A stretch of DNA of 64,000 bases, from NCBI GenBank assembly GCA_965219455.1, contig OZ244744.1:3776001-3840000 (forward strand). The letters are read 5' to 3'. Shown here in pieces: positions 28,969 to 37,483 of this stretch; the first letter of the stretch is position 1, and each line of letters begins with the position of its first letter. Made by a program: the position numbers and the translations under genes. The notes under the pieces were generated by a model. That model searched no databases. It saw nothing but the letters and a program-made list of their open reading frames with translations, and had not been told where the DNA came from. This stretch comes from Candidatus Latescibacterota bacterium (lineage in GTDB: Bacteria; Latescibacterota; UBA2968; GCA-2709665).

Positions 28969-29079
28969 GCCGCCGCGACGTTTTACGGCTCGACCGTGTG
29001 TCTTCGTTTAGGGACGTAACACGCCTTTCGCGGCATCGCGTCACTCACCGGCAACCATACAGGTGACAGTGATCCGGCG

Positions 29080-29198
29080 AGCCCGCTAAAAGTCCAATCA
29101 CTCCCCCCTTGAGGGGGAGTCGCAGAAGCCGAGCCGGTCCCCTGAGCCTGTCGAAGGGGCAGGCGACGGCTGATGCGGTGGGGGGATTTCAACACCTT
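29080..29198. mobile_element. Composite MITE/REP-like intergenic element
   Basis: Degenerate termini agcccgctaaaagtcc ... ggatttcaacacct; core hairpin actccccc-cttga-gggggagt; inserted module ccctgagcctgtcgaaggg; near-identical copy at 37171-37297. Confidence 0.75.
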
Positions 29199-29279
29199 CT
29201 TGTATGCACGCATCTCGCGTTGACGTCTCACGGCAACGCGCAAATCAGACCACCATCAAGCTGGACAGGAGTGTTATTC

Positions 29280-32200
29280 ATGCCTCTAAGACCGGTTCCG
29301 ATGTATTTCCTGGTTTTCGCGTCGCTGATATTTACCGGTCACGCCTCCGCCGGCTCAAATGCGAACGCGGTACTCTCTCTTGATCTAATTACCGACGGCG
29401 GGGCGGGCAACCGAACGGACGACGGCGTCATCACCGGTACGGTTTCCGGAGACGGACAGACCATCGCCATCGAGGTCTTCGCCGCGGGCGTGAGGACGTC
29501 TCTGGTCGGCGTGGTCCTCAAATTCGAGTTTGACGCTTCACTTCTGGCCTTTGTCAAAGCTGAGAACAGCGCGTTTCCCCTCACGCTTCCTGAAGGTTCC
29601 CTGGGTACCAACCTCGCAACCCGTACGCCGGTTACGCTCGCGCCTTCAGGTTTTCTGGCGCGCGCCGAGTTTGTAACGGTTGCCGATGTAACCGGCCGGG
29701 AGTTTTCCATCGGCATTGAGATGGTCACGCTTGCCGAGAGCATCACGTCGAGCGACGGGCTTTCGACAAACAACGTGATTACGTTTAATGCCGCGCCGTC
29801 TTCCGACTCTGCTGGCAGCGATGTCCTATCGCTCGACCTCGTAGTAGACGGCGGGGCGGGCAACCGGATCGACGATGGCGTCATGTCGGGCATCGTTGCT
29901 GGAAGTGGTCAGACTATCGCCATCGAGGTGTTCGCGGCGGGCGTGGGAACGTCTCTGATCGGCATGGTCCTCAAATTCGACTTCGATGCTTCGCTACTGG
30001 CCTTCGTCAAAGCCGAGAACAGCGCGTTTCCCCTTACACTTCCGGCAGGTTCCGTGGGCGCCAACTTCGCAAGCCGTACGCCGGTCACGTTGGCCCCTTC
30101 CGGTTTTCTGGCGCGCGCCGAGTTTGAAACGGTTGCGGACGTCACGGGCAGGGAGTTTGCCATCGGCATTGATAGGGTTACGCTTGCAGAGAACGTCACG
30201 TCGAGCGACGTGATTACATCAGCGAATGCGGTCACGTTCAATGCGGCGCTTTCTCCCGACTTTGACGGCGACGGGACGGTTGGTTTTCCCGACTTCCTGC
30301 AATTCGTGCAAAGATTCGGTACACAGAGGGGCGACGCGGGGTTTGAAGCCCGTTTTGATCTGGATTCCGACGGGGTGATTGGATTTTCAGATTTTCTGAT
30401 CTTCGCACAGAACTTCGGCAAGAAGGTCTCGTCTCCCGCCGCCCGAGACCCGGACCTGGTCGTCGACAGGCCTACCGTGAGCGACAACGCCCTGACACAT
30501 GGCCAGTCCTTCACGCTGAGCGTGACCGTGCGCAACCGGGGCAACGGTCAGGCGGCCTCGACAACGCTGCGCTATTACCGCTCGTCGGACGCGACCATCA
30601 CCAGGAATGACGCGCCGGTGGGCACGGACGTTATAGGGAGCCTTACGGCTTCCGGGGTCGTCGATCGCTCGATCGGCTTGACGTCTCCATCGAGCGCCGG
30701 AATCTACTACTACGGCGCTTGCGTCGAGCCGGTTTCCGGAGAAACAGCTACGGACAACAACTGTTCCGGTGCAGTGGCCGTTACAGTCACTTCTGGGACA
30801 TTAACCGCAGGAGCGTCGAAACTATACTGGACGGACTGGGGCACGGACAAGATTCAGCGGGCCAACCTTGATGGCTCGGGGATCGAGGATCTGGTCGTGG
30901 GCGGTGGACTGGATGGTCCGGACGGGCTGGCTCTGGACGTGGCCGGCGGGAAGATGTACTGGACGGACGCGGGCGCGTCCAGGATCCAGCGGGCAAACCT
31001 TGATGGCTCCAGTGTTGAAATTCTGGTCACCGGCTTGGGAATACCATACGGCCTCGATCTGGATGTATCCGGCGGCAAGATGTACTGGACGGATCGGCAG
31101 TCCAGCAGGATTCAGCGGTCCGACCTCGATGGTACCGACGTCGAAGATCTGATCACCAGCGGCCTTGTGTTTCCCGGGGAATTGGTCCTGGACGTGCAAG
31201 GTGGGAAGATGTACTGGACGAACCCCGGATCCCAAGAGATCCAGCGTGCCAACCTTGATGGTTCGCAGGTGGAGGATCTCGTTACCAGCGGCCTTGGCAG
31301 TCCCACCGGGCTGGCCGTTGACGTGTCCGGAGGGAAGATGTACTGGACAGACCGTCGCACGGACAGGATCCAGCGGGCGAACCTTGATGGCTCGCACGTG
31401 GAGGACCTGGTGTCCGGCGGCCTGGAAAAACCCAATGGCCTGGATCTGGACGTATCCGGCGGCAAGATGTACTGGGCGGACGCCGGTACGAACAAGATTC
31501 AGCGCGCCAACCTCGACGGTTCGAACGTCGAAGACCTCCTTACGGGCGCCGACGGTCTGGTCGATCCCTCGGGTGTGGCCGTGGGTGGCGCGGCGTCTCC
31601 CTTCCGTATCGAGATCGTCTTCCTCGAAAGCTCTTCAGATGACGGATTCAACGCGTCCCAGAAGGCGTTGTTCCACAGGGCTGCCGTACGTTGGATGTCA
31701 ATCATTGACGGAGACATTCCGGATAGCGACTTCTCGGATAATCCGGTCGACGAGTGGGACGACGATTTGGAAAAACGGATTCGCGTCAACGACTATGTGG
31801 ACGATTTGCGGATATTTGTGGGCATAGGAGACATTGACGGCGCCAAAGGCACCCTTGGGAGAGGCGGAACGCTCATCGCTCGAAGAAACAGACAATCAGG
31901 CGCCCTCGTTACAAAGATCGGAACGATAGCAATTGATGCCGCCGACCTGGAGTGGATGTCCGAGACCTTTCTGTTCGAGGTTATTCTCCATGAGATAGCG
32001 CACGTTCTCGGGTTCGGGACGTTCTGGGAAACACTGAACCTGGTCCGCGGCGTCAGTGATATGTACTTCACCGGGCCACTGGCAATTCGAGCCTTTGACG
32101 ATGCGGGCGGCCGGAACTACGACGGCCCGAAGGTACCCGTAGAGAACGACAGCGGCCATTGGAGGGGATCCGTGTTTGGCGACGAACTGATGACCGCGAG

Positions 32201-32432
32201 CGTCAGGCCGGATCTCGACGGGACCCTGCCTTTAAGCGCGATTACGATCCAGTCGCTGGCGGATCACGGTTACGAGGTCGACGTTCGCCATGCCGACGAG
32301 TACAGGCTGCCCGTCCCGGCAAGCGCGAAGCCGGTTGCCGAACATGCCCTGGACTGGGGTGAGTGTATCTCGGAGGGTCCGGTCTACGTGGTTGATGAGA
32401 ACGGGCGCGTCATTGGTACCGTCGGAGAATGA
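29280..32432 (+). CDS. Secreted scaffoldin-like protein: 2x cohesin-like + dockerin-like (class B) + CARDB + YWTD propeller + leishmanolysin-like (M8) metalloprotease
   Basis: ATG29280 follows AGGAG (the longer ORF start lies inside the repeat element). Two copies of the cohesin-like domain seen in the 225 gene; DFDGDGTVGFPDF...DLDSDGVIGFSDF; HEIAHVLGF...HW...ELMT...LSAIT...LADHGY. Confidence 0.85.
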   Translation: MPLRPVPMYFLVFASLIFTGHASAGSNANAVLSLDLITDGGAGNRTDDGVITGTVSGDGQTIAIEVFAAGVRTSLVGVVLKFEFDASLLAFVKAENSAFPLTLPEGSLGTNLATRTPVTLAPSGFLARAEFVTVADVTGREFSIGIEMVTLAESITSSDGLSTNNVITFNAAPSSDSAGSDVLSLDLVVDGGAGNRIDDGVMSGIVAGSGQTIAIEVFAAGVGTSLIGMVLKFDFDASLLAFVKAENSAFPLTLPAGSVGANFASRTPVTLAPSGFLARAEFETVADVTGREFAIGIDRVTLAENVTSSDVITSANAVTFNAALSPDFDGDGTVGFPDFLQFVQRFGTQRGDAGFEARFDLDSDGVIGFSDFLIFAQNFGKKVSSPAARDPDLVVDRPTVSDNALTHGQSFTLSVTVRNRGNGQAASTTLRYYRSSDATITRNDAPVGTDVIGSLTASGVVDRSIGLTSPSSAGIYYYGACVEPVSGETATDNNCSGAVAVTVTSGTLTAGASKLYWTDWGTDKIQRANLDGSGIEDLVVGGGLDGPDGLALDVAGGKMYWTDAGASRIQRANLDGSSVEILVTGLGIPYGLDLDVSGGKMYWTDRQSSRIQRSDLDGTDVEDLITSGLVFPGELVLDVQGGKMYWTNPGSQEIQRANLDGSQVEDLVTSGLGSPTGLAVDVSGGKMYWTDRRTDRIQRANLDGSHVEDLVSGGLEKPNGLDLDVSGGKMYWADAGTNKIQRANLDGSNVEDLLTGADGLVDPSGVAVGGAASPFRIEIVFLESSSDDGFNASQKALFHRAAVRWMSIIDGDIPDSDFSDNPVDEWDDDLEKRIRVNDYVDDLRIFVGIGDIDGAKGTLGRGGTLIARRNRQSGALVTKIGTIAIDAADLEWMSETFLFEVILHEIAHVLGFGTFWETLNLVRGVSDMYFTGPLAIRAFDDAGGRNYDGPKVPVENDSGHWRGSVFGDELMTASVRPDLDGTLPLSAITIQSLADHGYEVDVRHADEYRLPVPASAKPVAEHALDWGECISEGPVYVVDENGRVIGTVGE

Positions 32433-32509
32433 GGCAAAGTGAGTTGCATGCGCCGCGCACGACCACAGCCTTTCCGTAGAAGTGAGAGGAAGTAAAGGAG
32501 GATTGCGAA

Positions 32510-35500
32510 ATGAAGCCAATTTCGCATGTTGCCATTTTGGCCGTCCTGTTCACGCCCCTGGCCTCCGTCCATGCATCGTCCACGGCTGCGGACAGCGTGC
32601 ATTTCTGCCTGCCCGTCGATCCGGAACAGCGGCAGCGCAATGATCCTCTTTCCGCGGGCAAGTGGGCGACGGATCTGGACGTGGGCGAACCCCGCACCGT
32701 GCGGCTCTTCTACTTCCTGCCGAACGACCGGCCGTATCGCACCGAGGTCGTCGACTCGATGAAAACGGGAATTCTCGATCTTCAGACGTTCTTTGGCGAG
32801 CAGATGGAGGCGCACGGACACGGAAACACGACTTTCCAGATTGAAACCGATGACCAGGGCGATCCGGTCGTTCATCGTGTGGATGGGGATTACACCGACA
32901 GCCACTACAGCAGCCGGGGATACACGGAAGGCGAGATTAAACGAGCGTTCGACAACTCGAAAAACATCATGCTGATTGTCATGGACGTCAGTGCCAGAAC
33001 TGCGCATGGACGCGGTACAGGATCGAAGAGTAGCGGATGGGCGATGATTTACGGCGAATGGAACTGGTTTGCCGCCGCGCACGAACTGGGGCATGCCTTC
33101 GGGTTGCATCACGATTTCCGCGATGATACGTATATAATGTCCTATGGCCGCGCCAATCGTTCCGCTGCCCAACTATCCGCGTGTGCTGCAGATTTCCTGT
33201 CTGCGCATCCGTACTTCGACTCCGATGTCCCGCTCGAAAACGAATCGCCACCCACCGTTGAGCTTGTTGCATCGGAATTTCCGTTCGGGTCAGTGAGTAC
33301 CACCGTCCAACTAAGAGTTCGAGATGATGATGGCCTACACCAGGTCATCCTGTTCGTTCGTCCTAGAAACCCCTTTCTGGGAAGTACGCCCGAAGTGAAA
33401 GCGTGTGACGGATTGTCGGGTGAAACCGATACTGTTGTTGAGTTCAACTTCGACGGAAGGCTTCCATCCGACAACGTCGGCACCAGCCCTGAGGCTCATA
33501 CGACGCTTGCAAACACGGTCCGGCATCCAATCCACGTCGTGGCTGTTGATACGGACGGGAATCGTACCAGCACTGCAAGCCCTATTTCCTTTACGCTTGA
33601 GGCAGGGCATTCGCCGCAGCATATCGCCACGCTGGACCGATATCGTACAATCCAAAGCGCGGCGTTTTCACCTGATGGCAACATCCTGGCGCTCGGGGGC
33701 CACGGCCATATAGAACTGTTGCAAGCTTCCACAAGAGAACATCTCGCCTTCCTCAGCCATTCTATCTATAACGAGGTTTACTCAGTAGCCTTTTCCCCAG
33801 ATGGGACACTGCTCGCTTCCGGATCAGAGGATGGCACTATCAAAACATGGAACGTGGCAACAAGAGAAGAGGTTTCCACACTTGAGGGACATACTGATCG
33901 GATCTGGTCCGTGGACTTTTCAGCAGATGGAATGTTGCTCGCTTCCGGAGCTTCGGACAACTCGGTCAAGCTGTGGAACGTGGCAACGGGAGCACAGAGC
34001 GCTACGCTTGAGGGACATACGGATGCGGTTTTATCGGTCTCCTTCTTATCTGATGGGACGCTCGCATCCAAGTCCAATGGAGGCACTGTCAAGCTGTGGG
34101 ACGTGACAACACAATCCCAGATTTCCACCTTTGACACTGATGCGAATATTGGAAGGGGTGTCGCGTTTTCGCCCAATGGGCCATTCCTTGCATCAAGGTC
34201 TCGTTACGCGATAAAGCTATGGGACCTGGAGACAGGAACACAGACCGGCTCCCTGAACCATATGCGTGATTACCCTTGGGCTACCTTGGCCTTTTCACCC
34301 GACGGTACAATCCTTGCCGTATCGGCCAATGGCTTGATTGAAATATGGGACGTCCTGACAAGCGAATTCTTGGCCTCCATCTCAGGGGGACCGGGCGGGG
34401 TGGGAGAACTGTTGTTTTCCCCCGACGGGACTCAACTTGTTTCCACTGGGAAAGTCAAATTCTGGGACGTGTCCGAGTGGACGGCTTCCCAGACCACCGT
34501 CTGCGACCGCACGCCGCAGGTGCAAACCGCAATTTTAGGTGTGCTACAGTTACAGAACCCAAGTCCTGGCACATGCGGCGAGGTAACGGAGGCGCACTTG
34601 GCCACCGGGATTACGAGTCTGTTCCTGAATGATCAGAGCGTTACCGCCCTGCAAGCCGGCGATTTTGATGGGCTCACCAGTTTGACCGAACTCCGTCTGA
34701 ACGGCAACCAGTTAACCACACTGCCAGCGGACGTCTTTGACGGTCTCACCGCACTGACAAAGATCGACTTGGGTTTCAACGATTTGAGCAGTTTGCCCGA
34801 AGGTGTGTTTGACGGACTCACCGCGCTTGGTGAACTCTCTCTGGGCGGCAACGATTTGAGTAGCCTTCCCGAAGACGCGTTTGATGGACTCACCGCACTG
34901 ACAACGCTCAATCTGGGCGACAACGATTTAAGTAGCCTTCCCGAAGACGTGTTTGATGGACTCACCGCACTCAGTGGACTTTATCTGGGCGGCAACGATC
35001 TGAGTAGCCTTCCCGAAGACGTGTTTGATGGACTCACCGCACTGACAACGCTTGATCTGGCCTACAACGATTTGCGTAGCCTTCCCGAAGACGTGTTTGA
35101 CGGACTCACCGCACTGGCAAGTCTCTATTTGTCCTCCAACGACTTGAGTAGCCTGCCAGATGGTGTGTTTGTAGGATTAACAGAACTGGCAAGTCTCAGT
35201 TTAGGTGGAAACACTGTTAATCCGCTTCCCCTTACCATTTCATTGGAGAAGGTTGGTGATGATCAATTCAAGGCAGTGGCACCCGCGGGCGCGCCGTTTG
35301 AGATGGTGCTGCCGATTCGCGTCACGAATGGGAGTATCACGGGTGGCGCGACGAGTATCACAATTCCTGCTGGCAGTGTAGAAAGTGAAGTGCTTACCGT
35401 TACCCGCACATCCGGTAATGTATGGTCAGTCACCGTGGATATCGGCGCGGTGCCGGGACTGCCAGCGAATCATTCCGGCTATTCCCTTGTCAAATCCGAT

Positions 35501-37039
35501 AACCTGCCGTTGGAGGTTATCAAAGGGCTCGCCGACGGGCCCGTAATCTGGTCAGGAACCATTACAGTTGGATCATGGCGGAATGGCACTTACACTGCTT
35601 TTGGTTACAGTCGTCGCCATAATGCTGGTTCAATTTCAAACGCAACTTTCACCTACAGAGGAACAACATACACTATCCATGGTTTTGGATTTGCCAAACT
35701 TGGCCACCATCGAACGCAAACATACACACTAGAAATTAGTCCAGGACTTCCAGCATGCGATAGAAAGCTTTTAAGTTTTGGAGGTTTTCATTTGGCTGAT
35801 GCGTCGCGCGGTTCGTTGGGCGATCCTTCTTCCTATCGTTGGTCTGGACGACCATTGGTTGTTTGGCCTATTGGGCAGCAACGGTCTTATTCAATAACCT
35901 TTCACCCAACAGTGCCAGATGTCCCCGTCGTAACCGCCATTTACGAAGGGAACCAAGTAACGCTGTCCTGGGAGACTCCGTGTGATGGTGGCATTGACAT
36001 CAACCGTCACGAATACCGGCAGAAAAATAGAAATAGCGAATTCGGTTCGTGGATACCCATCCCTAACAGTGGTGCGGGAGGTGTGAATGTAGCGAGTTAT
36101 ACGCTTACTGGCGTGAACAATCCGCAGGAACACATCTTTGAGGTCCGGGCAGTGAACGAACTTGGCGAAGGGTCGGTATCCGCACCCGCGTCGCCCACTG
36201 ATCGTACGCCACAGGTAGCAGAGGCGATTCTTAGTGCGGTCCGTCAAAACGATCCGAGTGTCTCCAGTTTCGCAGACATCACCGACAGCCACCTTGCGGC
36301 AATTACTGCCTTATATCTGGGTGGTAGAAATATCACATCCCTAAAGTCTGGTGATTTCGCTGGACTTACCGGTTTAACAGATCTCCGACTCCGTGGTAAT
36401 CAAATAAGTTCATTGCCCGGGGACATCTTTGACGGATTGCCCGCACTGACAACGCTCTATCTACGAAACATCCGACTCAGTAGCCTCCCCGCAGGACTCT
36501 TTGAAGGACTGACAGGACTGACAACGCTCTATTTAGAGGGCAATGCAGTTAGTCCCCTACCCTTTGCCGTGTCGCTCGAGAAAGTTGGAACGGGTCAATT
36601 CAACGCGGTGGCGCCCGCCGGTGCGCCGTTTAATATTGTCCTTCCCCTCACCGTCACCAACGGCAGCATCAGCGGAGGCGCGACGACTATCACGATTGCC
36701 AAGGGTAGCGTAGAAAGCCAACCGCTCACCGTGACTCCAACCCCGGGCACGACGGCTCCGGTCACGGTAAATATTGGCACATTGCCCAGCATCCCCTCAG
36801 GTCATTACGGCTATACGCTCGTCAAATCCGCCGACCTGCCATTGGAGATATTCAGCAGTAGTGAAACCGGCACCACCTCGGCAGCAACCGATTTCAACGG
36901 CGACGGCCGCACCGATTTCGTCGATTTCTTTCTGTTCGCCGATGCGTACGGCGGTACGGACCCTCGTTTTGACCTGGACGGAAACGGCACGGTGGACTTC
37001 GCCGACTTCTTCAAGTTTGTCGACGCATTCGGCTCGTAG
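32510..37039 (+). CDS. Secreted metzincin + WD40 + LRR + Ig-like + FN3 + LRR + Ig-like + dockerin-like (class A)
   Basis: AGGAGG RBS; signal peptide; HELGHAFGLHH plus IMSY; WD40; 24-aa LRRs NDLSSLPEDVFDGLTAL; duplicated DRTPQV cap and PLPxxxSLEKVG...VAPAGAPF domain; terminal EF-hand pair. Confidence 0.87.
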   Translation: MKPISHVAILAVLFTPLASVHASSTAADSVHFCLPVDPEQRQRNDPLSAGKWATDLDVGEPRTVRLFYFLPNDRPYRTEVVDSMKTGILDLQTFFGEQMEAHGHGNTTFQIETDDQGDPVVHRVDGDYTDSHYSSRGYTEGEIKRAFDNSKNIMLIVMDVSARTAHGRGTGSKSSGWAMIYGEWNWFAAAHELGHAFGLHHDFRDDTYIMSYGRANRSAAQLSACAADFLSAHPYFDSDVPLENESPPTVELVASEFPFGSVSTTVQLRVRDDDGLHQVILFVRPRNPFLGSTPEVKACDGLSGETDTVVEFNFDGRLPSDNVGTSPEAHTTLANTVRHPIHVVAVDTDGNRTSTASPISFTLEAGHSPQHIATLDRYRTIQSAAFSPDGNILALGGHGHIELLQASTREHLAFLSHSIYNEVYSVAFSPDGTLLASGSEDGTIKTWNVATREEVSTLEGHTDRIWSVDFSADGMLLASGASDNSVKLWNVATGAQSATLEGHTDAVLSVSFLSDGTLASKSNGGTVKLWDVTTQSQISTFDTDANIGRGVAFSPNGPFLASRSRYAIKLWDLETGTQTGSLNHMRDYPWATLAFSPDGTILAVSANGLIEIWDVLTSEFLASISGGPGGVGELLFSPDGTQLVSTGKVKFWDVSEWTASQTTVCDRTPQVQTAILGVLQLQNPSPGTCGEVTEAHLATGITSLFLNDQSVTALQAGDFDGLTSLTELRLNGNQLTTLPADVFDGLTALTKIDLGFNDLSSLPEGVFDGLTALGELSLGGNDLSSLPEDAFDGLTALTTLNLGDNDLSSLPEDVFDGLTALSGLYLGGNDLSSLPEDVFDGLTALTTLDLAYNDLRSLPEDVFDGLTALASLYLSSNDLSSLPDGVFVGLTELASLSLGGNTVNPLPLTISLEKVGDDQFKAVAPAGAPFEMVLPIRVTNGSITGGATSITIPAGSVESEVLTVTRTSGNVWSVTVDIGAVPGLPANHSGYSLVKSDNLPLEVIKGLADGPVIWSGTITVGSWRNGTYTAFGYSRRHNAGSISNATFTYRGTTYTIHGFGFAKLGHHRTQTYTLEISPGLPACDRKLLSFGGFHLADASRGSLGDPSSYRWSGRPLVVWPIGQQRSYSITFHPTVPDVPVVTAIYEGNQVTLSWETPCDGGIDINRHEYRQKNRNSEFGSWIPIPNSGAGGVNVASYTLTGVNNPQEHIFEVRAVNELGEGSVSAPASPTDRTPQVAEAILSAVRQNDPSVSSFADITDSHLAAITALYLGGRNITSLKSGDFAGLTGLTDLRLRGNQISSLPGDIFDGLPALTTLYLRNIRLSSLPAGLFEGLTGLTTLYLEGNAVSPLPFAVSLEKVGTGQFNAVAPAGAPFNIVLPLTVTNGSISGGATTITIAKGSVESQPLTVTPTPGTTAPVTVNIGTLPSIPSGHYGYTLVKSADLPLEIFSSSETGTTSAATDFNGDGRTDFVDFFLFADAYGGTDPRFDLDGNGTVDFADFFKFVDAFGS
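34700..35180 (+). repeat. Tandem 72-bp LRR repeats
   Basis: aacgatttgagtagccttcccgaagacgtgtttgatggactcaccgcact recurs every 72 bp. Confidence 0.85.
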
Positions 37040-37170
37040 GCCCGAAAAAAGCAAGCGGCAATGGACCGCCACGCGAGTTGATTGCCCGAGGAAACGCGGT
37101 TGTCGAATTACGTACCTATCGCCGCTTCGCGTTGTTCAGCCGCAAACAGACTGGTCGCATTGAAGGCGAG

Positions 37171-37297
37171 AGCCTGTTTGACGGTCCAATCACTCCCCCC
37201 TTGAGGGGGAGTCGCAGAAGCCGAGCCGGTTCCCTGAGCCCGTCGAAGGGTCGAAGGGCCGGCGACGGCTGATGCGGTGGGGGGATTCCAACGCCTT
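37171..37297. mobile_element. Composite MITE/REP-like intergenic element (second full copy)
   Basis: Same as 29080-29198, with a tandem duplication tcgaaggg-tcgaaggg at the inserted module. Confidence 0.75.
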
Positions 37298-37483
37298 ACC
37301 CTGGGCATGCAGCACGAAGAAACATGAACGCATTTTGCGAAGTAGTCTTACCGTAAGCGTCTAAACCGGTCGCAACCTGAAGGCCGCATCATGTCGCGAA
37401 ACCGTAAAGGCAAAGGCCATCAGGCGTGAACGTGGAGACAAATCAGGCGCCAATCAGCCTGCACGCAAAAGGAGATCGTCCGG

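Noticed and set aside
29109-29279. N-terminal extension of the 1107-aa ORF
   Set aside because: It is a translation of the intergenic repeat element; the true RBS, ATG and signal peptide begin at 29280.
37330-37430. Possible c-di-GMP riboswitch (ggcaaa and gtctaa-like words)
   Set aside because: Motif order and stems do not fit; an Infernal/Rfam scan would be needed.
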